Shown here: positions 52,126 to 64,000 of the stretch, piece by piece
Layout: the number at the start of each line of letters is the position of its first letter
How positions within the stretch are numbered: position 1 is the first letter of the stretch
DNA from: Octopus sinensis
Lineage: Eukaryota
DNA: 64,000 bases
Direction: 5' to 3'
NCBI RefSeq assembly: GCF_006345805.1
Contig: NC_043002.1
Coordinates: 29,698,001-29,762,000, forward strand
Translations under genes and position numbers: made by a program
The notes under the pieces: model-generated
What the model was told of the DNA's origin: nothing
Databases searched by the model: none
What the model saw: only the letters and a program-made list of their open reading frames with translations

Positions 52126-52730
52126 GCAAGAGAAGAATATTTATGTTTACCTTTAATTATGATTCGGTTGTAATGTAAATCAGGTACATTGTGTTGATTT
52201 CGGACACAATATATCAAGGAGTATTTTACCTAATATACTCTTCTTATTTTACCCTGTTAGGAATTGATTCGTAGGAGATTTGGCAACGTTAATTTTTTCA
52301 GGGGTAATGTATCCTTCACTGCATTGCCTAATGTATTCATTTTTAAGACAGCAGGGTATACTATTTTAGAAAAAACTTGCTGATATTTCTAGCGAGACAG
52401 GTGACAACGGAAATAAAATCCTTCGCTGGTTATGGCATTTGAGAGGAATTTTGCTACTATTTCTCTTTCTAAAAAGTCAAGCAAATACGTATAGGGTACC
52501 CCCACTGGCCCACTTTTGCGGTTGTCGTTCTCGTTAGTTTTGTTGATGTTGTTGCTGTTGCTATTGATTGTTCTGCATAGCCAGATGATTTTTGTGTGAT
52601 CGTTGGGAGAATGATGCCCTCGGCATCAGAATATGTCTGCTACGTATTCTGAAATAAGGGGGTAAAAGAAAAGAATATTCAGTGACAATGCTCTTCTCAG
52701 TTATTATTATTATTATTGTTGTTGTTGTTG

Positions 52731-52843
<113 letters not shown>

Positions 52844-52917
52844 TGTAGCAGTTAAATACTAAGGTTGATGTAATCGACTTCCTCCCATAAAACCTCAGGC
52901 CTTGTGTCTATTATTAT

Positions 52918-53098
52918 GAAAGTGATGAACAGGAAGAACACTTAGCGGCATTTTGTCTAATTCCGTCGAGCTGAATTTTGCTTTTTTTTCTTTCGAGTTC
53001 AATAAAATTAGTACCAATCACGCACTGGGATCGATGCAATTAACTATTCCCGTTTCACCAAATATCAAACCGTTTTCCTATAGAAGAAAGGATTATTA
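52918..53098 (+). mobile_element. tRNA-derived SINE, family B (decayed)
   Basis: cttagcggcattttgtc...tttcgagttcaataaaattagtaccaatcacgcactgggatcgatgcaat. Confidence 0.6.
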
Positions 53099-53226
53099 CG
53101 AGTCCTAGGTGAGACAGATGGTTACTGAAGAAGTAGTGTAACGGTACTAGATTGATAGTTTGTGTCTATGTTGAAAATGGTATTGAGGAACATGTGTACA
53201 GTGAGGATATACAAAATAATAATAAC

Positions 53227-53280
<54 letters not shown>

Positions 53281-53281
<1 letters not shown>

Positions 53282-53677
53282 TAAAGATCTTGAAATAGAA
53301 ATTAGCAAAATGTGGAACCTGAAGATTAAAACAATACCTATTGTCATAGGTGCCCTGGGAATAAATAGCAAAAGGCGCTGATTTCTACCTAGCTCAGATA
53401 CCAGGTAACCCCAAAATGGCAGAAATTCAAAAGATAGCGCTCATGGGAACTGCCCATAACCTACGCAATGTACTTTCTATGTAATCTCAAGTTTTAAAAC
53501 AAACACAATTTTCTTATGGTTTCTTAAACATTCTCTAGACCAACACTATGTACAAAACCAAATATATGGCACCCTAGGCATAACACCATCATGAACTTCC
53601 AACTTATTGTCTCTTGAGGAGTCTGGGTGAAACTTGGAGCCAACTTGTACAAATGTAAAGCAAAAGTCAAACATAAA
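53281..53677 (+). mobile_element. 5'-truncated R4/Dong-type LINE 3' end inserted in (AAT)n
   Basis: YKDLEIEISKMWNLKIKTIPIVIGALGI..AKGADFYLAQIPGNPKMAEIQKIALMGTAHNLRNVLSM*, then a 3' UTR. (AAT)n lies on both sides. Confidence 0.9.
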
Positions 53678-53719
53678 ATAATAATAATAAGAATAATAAT
53701 AATAATAATAATAATAATA

Positions 53720-53948
53720 ACGATTTCAAGTTTTTGCTACAAAGGCAGCTTGGGGGATGGGATTAAGTCGATTACATCGACTCTAGTACGTAACTGGTAC
53801 TTATTTAATCGACCCTGAAACCAAATTGTAACCAAAATTTACGATCACACATGGCAAAGTCGACCGCGGCAGAATTCGAACTCAGAACGTAAAGACGGAC
53901 GAAGCATTTCGCACAGCGAGATAACCATTTTGTTAGCTCGCCGCCCTT
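53720..53948 (-). mobile_element. tRNA-derived SINE, family B, with a 31-bp foreign insert
   Basis: gcaaagtcgaccgcggcagaattcgaactcagaacgtaaagacggacgaagcatttcg...agctcgccgcc. The insert is at 53823-53853. Confidence 0.85.
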
Positions 53949-53990
<42 letters not shown>

Positions 53991-54758
53991 TATACTAATA
54001 ATAATAATGGAACGAAATAGAAAAAATAAAATAAAATACACAAGTGACCCATATACACTTCTGTAAGAAATTAGTAGAATATTGGCTTTGGAATTACATT
54101 CTGTATATCAGAAACTAAGTATTTAAAAACGATAACACCACAAAACTAAAGAACAAAATGCTTCCATAACAAGACATACATCTTTTTGCACCGAATGCCA
54201 GAAAATTTGTTCCACTTCACTCAAAATTTCAAAAGTGGTTTAACCTCCATTGATATTTCAATGAAGATAAGATAAAGAAAGGTAGTGAGAGACATGGGAA
54301 AGAGAAAAGTGTCTGAAACAGGGGGAGAGAGGGGTGAGAAGAGAGAGAGATAGAGAGAGAAAAAGAGATAACAGGTATCTTATTTATATCTTATGTGGTC
54401 TCATAAAACATTTGCATATCATGTATAGATTAGCAAACACGATACAGACAGATCTGAAAACAAGGTACAGAATAAAATTTTTAAAAAAGGGGTGATTTTG
54501 TTACTAACAAACATACACTTATATATGCATATATACATTAGTTACTCACTCTCTCTCTCTCTTTCTCTCTCTCTTTGACATTGTCTGTGTATATATACAC
54601 ACACAATTTCACAATCATAACATTAAAAGACACACGTATACATATATACATATATCTATAGTCCATAATTATACACATGCAATATGTATACGTATGTATG
54701 TGTATATATATATATTTGCATATGTATATGTATATATATGTATGTATATATGTGTATA

Positions 54759-54804
<46 letters not shown>

Positions 54805-54870
54805 GTACATATATATGTATGTATATATATGTGTGTGTATATACATACCTACATGCATATATATATATAT

Positions 54871-55537
54871 AAACAGACGCATACACACATACCATCGATG
54901 CACACATACACTCTGTCTATCTGTATTTGTGTAAATGCATACATGCATGTGTGTATGTATGTATGTACGTGTGTGTGTGTGAGTGTGTGTGTTTGTGTGC
55001 GTGTGTGTGTGTGTGTGTGGATACATACATAATTATATCATCGGGTAAAATAGGAAAAGTCTTCTATGTAGTAATTCTAATTTTTTCTTCTTTGGCGAAC
55101 CTTAAGAAAACAGTGTCTAGAAAAAGCATATCAGCTGTAAAATACCCTATAGCACAAATATTACAGTTCCTGAGCTCCCGATCTTTAAATTTCTTGATCT
55201 CCGGTGTTTCCCAAAGTATCAAACCCCAGAAAATAAGATATTCTTTGAAACTCAACTACAGATGGAGAGACAGAAAAATGAGCAACAGATAAAGTGGAGT
55301 CAGGAAGTGAAAGGGAAGGAAAACGAAGTAAAGCGAGGGATGGAGATGGTGAAAATGATGAAGGATCATATATCCTGGAAAAGAAACCGTATTGATATCT
55401 TCGTTCGTTGTTCACTCATCAACCAAATACTACTTTATCACATTCTGAAATGAAAAACTTTGTAGCTAATTGGGTTGGGATTTACATGAAAGTAAAGAAA
55501 ATAACTCGATGTAGGCCATACCCGCCATTTGTGCGTA

Positions 55538-55590
<53 letters not shown>

Positions 55591-55808
55591 GCATGTGGGA
55601 GTTTGTATGTGTGCTTTTGTGTATACATATGAATGTATGTCTGCATGCATGTGTGTGTATGAATGTTTTTTTCATACATATATTTACGCGCGCATGTATG
55701 TATGCCTGTATGTGTGCATATATATATGTATATACATACGCATGGATTTACGGATATATATCACACAAACGTTCATACACACACATAGATGCAGACATAC
55801 ACAGACAT

Positions 55809-55841
<33 letters not shown>

Positions 55842-56506
55842 AACAGACGCATACACACATACCATCGATGCACACATACACTCTGTCTATCTGTATTTGT
55901 GTAAATGCATACATGCATGTGTGTATGTATGTATGTACGTGTGTGTGTGTGAGTGTGTGTGTTTGTGTGCGTGTGTGTGTGTGTGTGTGGATACATACAT
56001 AATTATATCATCGGGTAAAATAGGAAAAGTCTTCTATGTAGTAATTCTAATTTTTTCTTCTTTGGCGAACCTTAAGAAAACAGTGTCTAGAAAAAGCATA
56101 TCAGCTGTAAAATACCCTATAGCACAAATATTACAGTTCCTGAGCTCCCGATCTTTAAATTTCTTGATCTCCGGTGTTTCCCAAAGTATCAAACCCCAGA
56201 AAATAAGATATTCTTTGAAACTCAACTACAGATGGAGAGACAGAAAAATGAGCAACAGATAAAGTGGAGTCAGGAAGTGAAAGGGAAGGAAAACGAAGTA
56301 AAGCGAGGGATGGAGATGGTGAAAATGATGAAGGATCATATATCCTGGAAAAGAAACCGTATTGATATCTTCGTTCGTTGTTCACTCATCAACCAAATAC
56401 TACTTTATCACATTCTGAAATGAAAAACTTTGTAGCTAATTGGGTTGGGATTTACATGAAAGTAAAGAAAATAACTCGATGTAGGCCATACCCGCCATTT
56501 GTGCGT

Positions 56507-56556
<50 letters not shown>

Positions 56557-56803
56557 GCATGTGGGAGTTTGTATGTGTGCTTTTGTGTATACATATGAAT
56601 GTATGTCTGCATGCATGTGTGTGTATGAATGTTTTTTTCATACATATATTTACGCGCGCATGTATGTATGCCTGTATGTGTGCATATATATATGTATATA
56701 CATACGCATGGATTTACGGATATATATCACACAAACGTTCATACACACACATAGATGCAGACATACACAGACATATACATACATACATATATATATATAT
56801 ATA
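54871..56803. repeat. Near-identical direct tandem duplication, unit about 970 bp
   Basis: aaacagacgcatacacacataccatcgatg starts at 54871 and 55841. The copies appear to differ only in (GT)n and (GA)n lengths. Breakpoints lie in (TA)n. Confidence 0.95.
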
Positions 56804-57273
56804 TTAAAAGAAATATATATATATATGTATATATGTGTGCGCGCCTTTGTGTGTATGCATGTATGTATACCTTTGTGTATGAATATAGAAATATAGGTAT
56901 GTTATATATTATATACCTGTGTATGTGTAAATGCATATGTGTGTGCGTCTCTGAGTGTGTGCTTACATGTCCACATGTAAACGGTGAAAATGACAGAAAT
57001 ATAAGGATACCGGTCCATATAATAGGCTGTGTAGTTAACGGGCCTACCTCTCTGCACTCTGAGTTCCAATACTGTTGATGACAAAGATTTCTTCCATCTG
57101 GGGCCGGTAAGGAAGTAGTCAATGAGTAGAATGGTTTCTTCCTGTTTCTTGTCTGAACATTTTCTCTCTTTCAACCTCTCCCCTTCTTTTATATGGTTGT
57201 CACTCTCATTCATTGAAGGACTTCGAAAATTTGTGTGAGCGTGTGTGTGTATGTGTGTGTGTGTATGTATGTG

Positions 57274-57329
<56 letters not shown>

Positions 57330-57699
57330 CTACGTATGAAGGTGAGTGAGTCTATACGTGAATATAGTGACACATACCTGGTCAATGCCAATTCAGACCT
57401 GAGTTCCATCATTTCTTAGATACAGAGAGCACTTCTTATAACGCATCAATAACGTATGTTCGTGGGTAACTGGAGAATGGCAACTACTATTACGTATCAT
57501 ATTATATTACTTTATATAAAATTTATATCAGATTTGTAATGGTCACTTTATTATATCAAATTATATCATATATTTATTTTGTTATACTGAGTTATATTAT
57601 ATTGTATTTTTATGACATACAAAAATTGTAATCAAAATTTACGATCACACATGTAATAAACGTATGTTTAGTTCCACTGTTATTGAGCGAAAACACATA

Positions 57700-58096
57700 A
57701 GCTTCACGAGGCCCCGGCAGGGGATGGTGGTGAAACCTGCTGTACTCTTTCACCACAAATTTCTCTCACCCTTTCTTCTGTTTCTGTTGTATCTGTATTT
57801 CAAACGGCCAGCCTTGTCACACTCAGTGTCACGCTGAATCTCCCCGAGACTACGTTAAGGTACACGTATATGTGGAGTGTTCAGCCACTTGCACGTAAAT
57901 AAATGAGCTGCGACGTCACTGGTGCCAAGCTGTATCGGCCTTTACTTTTCCCTTGGATAACATCGGTAGCGTGGAGAGGGAAGGCTGGTGTGCGTGGGCG
58001 ACTGTTGGTCTTCCATAAACAACTTTGCCCTGACTTGTGCCTCGGAGGGTAACTTTCTAGGTGCAATCTCATGGTCATTCATGACCGAAGCGGGTC
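57700..58096 (+). mobile_element. SINE sharing the family-C central domain, with a different head and 3' tail
   Basis: ctgtatttcaaacggccagccttgtcacactcagtgtcacgctgaatctccccgagactacgttaagg..gtggagtgttcagccacttgcacgt matches the reverse complement of 17360-17465. Confidence 0.75.
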
Positions 58097-58951
58097 ACAA
58101 CAATAAAAAATTCCACTGTGAAAAATAGACATAGCGGCTGAACTATAAGTCTTTCAGCCGAACAATAAGCGGTTACAAATTTCGAAACTAATCGTTAACT
58201 GGTTCTTTTCGTCTTCACGTACCCGCTATAAGCTCATTGATTTATCTTCAGCGTTACTACGAGGCTACACATGTATTTATTAAACGTGCTAGCAGAAAGC
58301 TCACCTAACATGTGGTTTGGTTTCTGTTGTTCACTAAAATCTTTTGATTCTCAAATTGTGTAATTTTTCTGGTAAGTTACATCTAATCTTCCATTGTATC
58401 CTTCATTCGTCTAATAGCACTCACAAGCTTAGTAAATATATCTTTCATTATTTTTATTGCAGTCTGAATCTCTTTCTTTTAAACCAACTCAAAGGTAATC
58501 CATCCTTTACATGGTCGACTATTATGCTAGAAATAGCGGACATCATGCGACCGTATTCTAAGGCGTATATCATACAATACAGATATACCAACACCTTTGA
58601 TTTTCTCTTTTTATTTTTTCTTGCAAATTATACAGATGTAGGGATAGCAGATTATCCCCAAGTCCTATTCGTAATCCCGTTCAGATTAAGGAAGGTGAGA
58701 CGGCAAGGATGAAATCGTTTTCATAGACCATGATTTCAGCTTCCTCTTTCAAATCCTTTACCAAATGTTCGCCATTTTGTTGGCAAATAAAATGTGTTTT
58801 CTGTGTGTGATCGTAAATATCTGAGTACGTCTATGTTTGATTGCGTATGTGTGTGTATGAGGGAGAGAGAGAGAGAGTGAGAGAGGAAGAGAATTCGTGC
58901 ATGCGCGCGCGTTAGATGGACGTGTGTAAATCAAAGTTGGGGTTACAAACA

Positions 58952-59150
58952 CAGACAAACAAACGTATACACACACATACATATATATACGACAAGCTTC
59001 ATTCAGTTTCCGTCTACCAAATCCACTCACAAGGCTTTGGTCTGCCCGAGGCTATAGTAGAAGGCACTTGCCCAAAGTGTCACGCAGTGGGACTGAACCC
59101 AGAACCATGTGGTTGGTAAGCAAGCTACTTACCACAGCCACTCCTACGCC
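58952..59150 (-). mobile_element. Family-A SINE 5' half
   Basis: gtttccgtctaccaaatccactcacaaggctttgg...gggactgaacccagaaccatgtggttggtaagcaagctacttacc. Confidence 0.9.
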
Positions 59151-59163
59151 TATAAAATGTGTC

Positions 59164-59240
59164 GGCAGCCAGCCATGAAGATCGAACTCACACCCCTCCA
59201 ATATACTGTTGGAATGCTCTACTATTTAAGCTAAGCCGCC
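59164..59240 (-). pseudogene. tRNA-like pseudogene or SINE head with a partial inverted duplicate (59246-59277)
   Basis: The minus strand folds as a cloverleaf: GGCGGCT acceptor, GCTT/GAGC D-stem, TTCCA/TGGAG anticodon stem and GTGAG-TTCGATC-TTCAT T-arm. The anticodon loop is irregular and there is a 4-nt insertion before the acceptor 3' strand. Confidence 0.6.
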
Positions 59241-59667
59241 TGACAGCTTAGCTCTAAATGGTAGAGCATTCCAACAGATTGTATATTTATAATCTTACAA
59301 TATTACCCAGCAGTTCAGTTTTTTAAAACTGTACGCATTTAATTAAAATTAATTGTTTCAAAAAAAAACCTAAAGCCCATATCTTGTTAAAATATATTAA
59401 AATATAGATTTTTAAAAGATACAGAAATAATTTATTCTCAAACGCATGATAATGCTAATACAATAGCACGAACAGGAAAAGCAATCCGTATATTGCAGAA
59501 AAAATCGTTACCGGGCAGTCACTTTTAAGAATTTTCAAGATATGAAGTCTTTGATAATTGCTTTTTTCTTTATTTAAAATTACATAACCCCAACAAATGA
59601 ATAATCAGCTTTTTCCTTTATTGTATTGATAATCGTAAGTAAGGTAATAGTTTAAATTTCATATACT

Positions 59668-60076
59668 CGTTACTCTTTACTCTTTCACTTGTTTCAGTCA
59701 TTTGAATGCGGCCATGCTGGAGCATTTAGTCGAATAATCGACCCACAGGATTATTCTTTGTAAGCCCAGTACTTATTCTATCTGTCTATTTTGCCGAACT
59801 ACTAAGTTACGGTGGCGTAAACACACCAGCATCGGTTGTCAAGCGATGTTGGAGGGAGGCAAACACAGACACACAAACACACACACATATATATATACAT
59901 ATACATATATACGACGGGCTTCTTTCAGTTTCTGCCTACCAAATCCACTCACAAGGCTTTGGTCGACCCGAGGCTAGAATACAAGACACTTGCCTAAGTT
60001 GCTACGCAGTGGGACTGAACCCTGAACCATGTGGTTGGTAAGTAATCTACTTAACATACAGCCACTTCTGCGCCTA
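59668..60076 (-). mobile_element. tRNA-derived SINE, family A, full length
   Basis: Tail (tactcttt)n through to head agccacttctgcgcc. Confidence 0.9.
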
Positions 60077-60425
60077 TATGCGCAGTGTCGGTCATGAAGT
60101 TAGTGTAGATATTTTTTATACTAAATTAAACAGAATTTAACTATATTTCAATTGTAAATAAAAATAGTGCTTGCACAGGTCGTCGGCCCTTCGGAATTCT
60201 CACCTTGCTCATGGTTTTTCCGTGAGTATTAACTTTCAAAGATTCAAGTGGAACATGAATGGCATCAGTCGCGCCGGCTATGGAGGGTTCGCAAATACCA
60301 TGGGCACTGCGCCATTTTACAAATTCAACAAAGGCAAAAAAAAAGAGTTAAAAAATCATCAAAGGTGTGTCTTTGCTCTCGCCATTTTTGTTTTCACATT
60401 TCAGGTTGAAACGAATGGATATATA

Positions 60426-60739
60426 CAGGGTGGAGCCCCAACTGATCTCCTGTCCATTGGTGCATTCACCCAAAGTAGTATTGTGTTACGTGTGTGAAGA
60501 GCCTGATTTCGGTGAATGTTGAGATGGCGCCGAATCTCACGCTGAACTGCTGTGACAGACTCGTTATTCTTCACGTAACTGTCGTAGGAAAAGCAAGATA
60601 CATCACCAAGCTTCACTTGAAAAGAATAAAAAAATACTAAGCCAGCACGGACCGAATGGTACCTGTCTGACATATGTCCCTCAGCCTGGAGCTGAGTAAT
60701 AGCCATTTTAAAAACGTCCGTCCTCTCTGCCCCACCCTG
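60426..60739 (-). mobile_element. Non-autonomous Tc1/mariner element (314 bp) with short TIRs and TA duplication
   Basis: TA|CAGGGTGGAGC ... GCCCCACCCTG|TA. The internal minus strand reads YVKNNESVTAVQREIRRHLNIHRNQALHTRNTILLWV, resembling a transposase N-terminal HTH. Confidence 0.75.
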
Positions 60740-61965
60740 TATTATATCTGTTTATTCGAACCTGACGTACCAAAAGACCAATATCCGTGACTCACTAGTA
60801 GAAACTATCAATTAATTATATTTCATTCCACATGTTGTACTGAGTACTTTCCTCTCGTGTCTATGCACCAACGTGAACTTGTATTAAACACGCGCGCGCA
60901 CGCAAGCACGCATGCGCACACACATACATTCACATAAATTAAGCTGTGCATTGGTTCATCTAAAGAGCTGTGAAATAGTACGTTCTTACCTACCTTTTAT
61001 GTAACGCCAAGGGAAGTAACTCAAAGAAAATTAGAAGTAAACAGCGGGTAGTTATGCTAGTAATGGTGGCGGGGGAGGCGCCGGCCGTGACAGTAGTGAA
61101 TGGTGAATAGAGAAACATACAGAGGACACATAAGAGTGAGAGAGAGAGGAAGAAAACAAGTGCAGAAGCAATGGAATCTCTGACGAAACAAAGAGAAAAT
61201 ATGAACAAAATAGAAAGAAGGAAAGACCTCATTCATCTAGTACTACTTTATTCCACGCGTTCTCTCCCGCCCCTTTATGTTTTGCTATGGTAGTGTTTAA
61301 ATTGAAGCAGACATGTAGAGGCCTCTACCGTAAGTTCTAACGTCTGAATGTTTTATAAGTTTCCGTTTGAATGCTGCCTAACTTATAGTATAAAAAATAT
61401 TCGGTAACACAAATTCAAGTAGTCTTGATCTCAAAATTAACGTGGAGGTTGTGTTATAACAGAATCCTACGTTATTTCCTTTGAGATGATCTCTAATAAG
61501 GACTCAACGCAGTAATCTGTGTTCTAATATAACCTCCTCGTTAAGCTGGAGATCAAGATTACCTTTTCAAATTAATACTGCTTCTGCTACTATTAAATCT
61601 AAGTAGTGTCTAGAATCTGTGACGGACATGATAAATAATAGAATGGTTCACACAGTCTATCTATGGATAATGGTGCCATGTTGTAGCGGCAATCTTTAAA
61701 AGTGAACTAACAAATAACTATTGCTTTTTTGTTTTTTTATAAACAATCTACGGAGTATGCACTGGTTGCCACTCTCTAAGGTAAGTGGTTAGTCTCAGCT
61801 TTGTGAATGTCAAGAGTTTTTACTGGGATATATATATACACAGGGTGGTAGTTATATGTATTTAATGAGAAATGAACTAAGGAAGGGTATTATTACTATT
61901 TCTATTTCTCTCAATGTCCCTTTCTTTCTCTCACAATATCTCTCATCTTTCTTTCACTCTCTCAC

Positions 61966-62043
<78 letters not shown>

Positions 62044-62398
62044 CGTCTCATCCTTTCTATTACTCATCCCATCTCACTGTGTCTTGTTATATTTGGTTGC
62101 GTATGTTTGTATATGTGCATGTGTGAGTGAATGAGTGAGCATGCATGTGTGTGTAATGAGTATTTTATGTTGCTGTGGTGGTGGTAGTGGTGGTGGTGGT
62201 GGCATTGGGGATGCGTACGTATATGACAATATATGTATTTTACTAGGGTAGTCATCCCTGGTGGCGATACGAAAGTAAGGCTCTCTGAGGTGTGTATACA
62301 AATAGAAGTACACACAGACAGTTATACGCAAGTACATACAGGCGCACAGGCACACATGCACGCAAAGACGCATACACATTCACAGACGCACATTTATT

Positions 62399-62435
<37 letters not shown>

Positions 62436-62797
62436 TATATATATATATTATATATATATATATTAGAGAGAGAGAGAGAGGGGGGGAGATAGATAGATAG
62501 ATAGATACATACATACATACATACATACATACATAGATACATAGATATACATACATACATACATACATCCACAAAAAGGGGGACATATATTTTAATAGAT
62601 ATGTAGATGTGACGCATTTCTGCCAGTTTATACATATTTGTCTGAACTTAAATCTGCGTTTCTCTTCATAAAGCCCAGATGTTATACGTGTGATAGTCAT
62701 ATCTACTTGAGGTCTCTTCGCTCAGAGAAGCTGGAAAGCATAGAAAGGAAATAGTGGCGGGTATGAGGTAGATGCAGCAAGCAAAAATGGCTGGTAC

Positions 62798-62943
62798 CTG
62801 AAACTGCTGTTCCCAGAATACCACTGAGTGCATCTACGAACTTGTTCAAATTAGTTTCCTCGTCCAATGTGCCAGGATCCGACATCTTAGAACACAATTG
62901 TTCCCGTAGCAGTAGTTTCCTCTCTACATCATCTTGGAACGAT
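62798..62943 (-). CDS. Candidate internal coding exon of an unidentified host gene (146 bp, phase 2 to phase 1)
   Basis: A pyrimidine-rich tract of about 100 nt ends tttactacag|. The open frame SFQDDVERKLLLREQLCSKMSDPGTLDEETNLNKFVDALSGILGTAVS is non-repetitive with protein-like composition. The donor is cag|gtacc. Confidence 0.55.
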
Positions 62944-63254
62944 CTGTAGTAAATGGAAGTTGGTGAAAAACTATAGGCGGTCGGTGAAAGAATAGGGAAT
63001 ATAAGAAAGCAAAACAAAACAAAAGCGAACATAGAAAGAAGATAAAAAAAAGGGGGCGTGAAACCAGATCAGAGACTAACAAGGTCCGAGAATAAAGGTC
63101 AGATTTTCTCCGAGAAGTGATGAAATTTGCCGGCTTTCGAAAATCTGACAAAGCAATGATGGATCACTTGGACCAGTTGCGTACCGAGTTCGTTCTAATC
63201 GAATGGCACCCTCCACAAAAATTTCGCGCCTTGTGCCTAGAGTAGAAAATGTTA

Positions 63255-63374
63255 TTCTTCTTCTTCTTCTCTTCTTCTTCTTCTTCTTCTTTTCTTCTTC
63301 TTCTTCTTCTTCTTCTTCTTATTATTATATTATTATTATTATATTATTATTATTATATTATTATTATTATTATT
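63255..63374. repeat. (CTT)n(ATT)n compound microsatellite
   Basis: Read directly from the sequence. Confidence 0.95.
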
Positions 63375-63930
63375 GAGTGAGCGAGCAGAGCATGCCATCA
63401 AAGTGACACTGGGGTAAAATATACGAAGCCCAGTATACCCATCATGACTACCCGTCTGATAAGGGTACACCAGGCACATGCATCACAACCATATGTGCGC
63501 GACATGGTGATCTCATATCAAGATAAACAGCACATGACCTTGCAGGTGGAGCCCAGTTAGAATTTTCTTCAGATCGAGTAACCCATCCCGCTCAAAAGGT
63601 CCCTGAATAAGGGTTGTTTAAGGATGTTGAACGAAACACCCATGTTTCCAGAGGTGAATTATTCAAACCCCAAAGAATCCTTCTCAACACATGGTATGAT
63701 GCTCCCCCACTACTTCTGCTCGTGATCAGAGATGCACATATCGTCAGCCACTAAGGGACATGCTCAACTGGTTAAGGTCAAACAACTGACAAGCAAATCT
63801 GTGGTATTGAGCAGAATATTTGCTGTAGCCCATCTTTTATACCAAGACAAAACAATGTACATGACAACACTTCCAATCAGTTAAGATCAGAAGCCATGAG
63901 AGCCACTGCCTGGTACTGCATCAGGGCATT
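63375..63930 (-). mobile_element. About 556-bp non-coding interspersed repeat embedded in (AAT)n, copy 2
   Basis: Colinear with 48079-48606, with (ATT)n on both flanks. Confidence 0.9.
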
Positions 63931-63941
63931 TTATTATATTA

Positions 63942-64000
<59 letters not shown>

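Noticed and set aside
51320-52640. Thr-rich, mucin-like readings at about 51320-51405 and 52500-52630 (minus strand)
   Set aside because: They are built on degenerate (AAC/AGC)n repeats. The best acceptor leads to in-frame stops and the phases do not chain.
57040-57220. Open minus-strand frame ending at a GTAGG donor
   Set aside because: The acceptor is weak. The peptide LIDYFLTGPRWKKS resembles a LINE AP-endonuclease motif as much as a host exon, and this is unresolved.
59164-59240. Functional tRNA gene
   Set aside because: The anticodon loop is irregular, the D-loop lacks GG, and there is a 4-nt insertion before the acceptor 3' strand.
60170-60420. CpG-containing patch with two CGCCATTTT (YY1-like) motifs
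   Set aside because: It is adjacent to a mariner remnant and could be another decayed TE 5' end. No supportable call.

Overview
AT-rich, microsatellite-saturated eukaryotic DNA. The repeat content looks like an octopod cephalopod genome; this is inferred from recognised SINE families and not verified. The window is almost entirely intronic or intergenic. It holds dozens of tRNA-derived SINE copies of three families. It has decayed LINEs of the RTE, Tx1/L1, CR1-group, HERO-like and R4/Dong types. It also has several Tc1/mariner-superfamily remnants, including a 2.5-kb IS630/Gambol-like element with about 300-bp TIRs, a 284-bp palindromic MITE and a near-identical 970-bp tandem duplication. Only one credible host exon was found (62798-62943, minus strand, product unknown). 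Nearly all ORFs in the supplied track are microsatellite or decayed-TE artefacts. The most interesting signal is four sequence-unrelated type I hammerhead ribozyme folds (about 3173-3278, 5071-5129, 6875-6920 and 19616-19661). They lie in short non-coding repeats and mostly have the minimal or palindromic helix III known from Penelope-like elements and retrozymes. One ends at a rearrangement junction exactly at its predicted cleavage site. There is no CRISPR array, rRNA or functional tRNA gene. Coordinates of decayed repeats were read by eye and are approximate.
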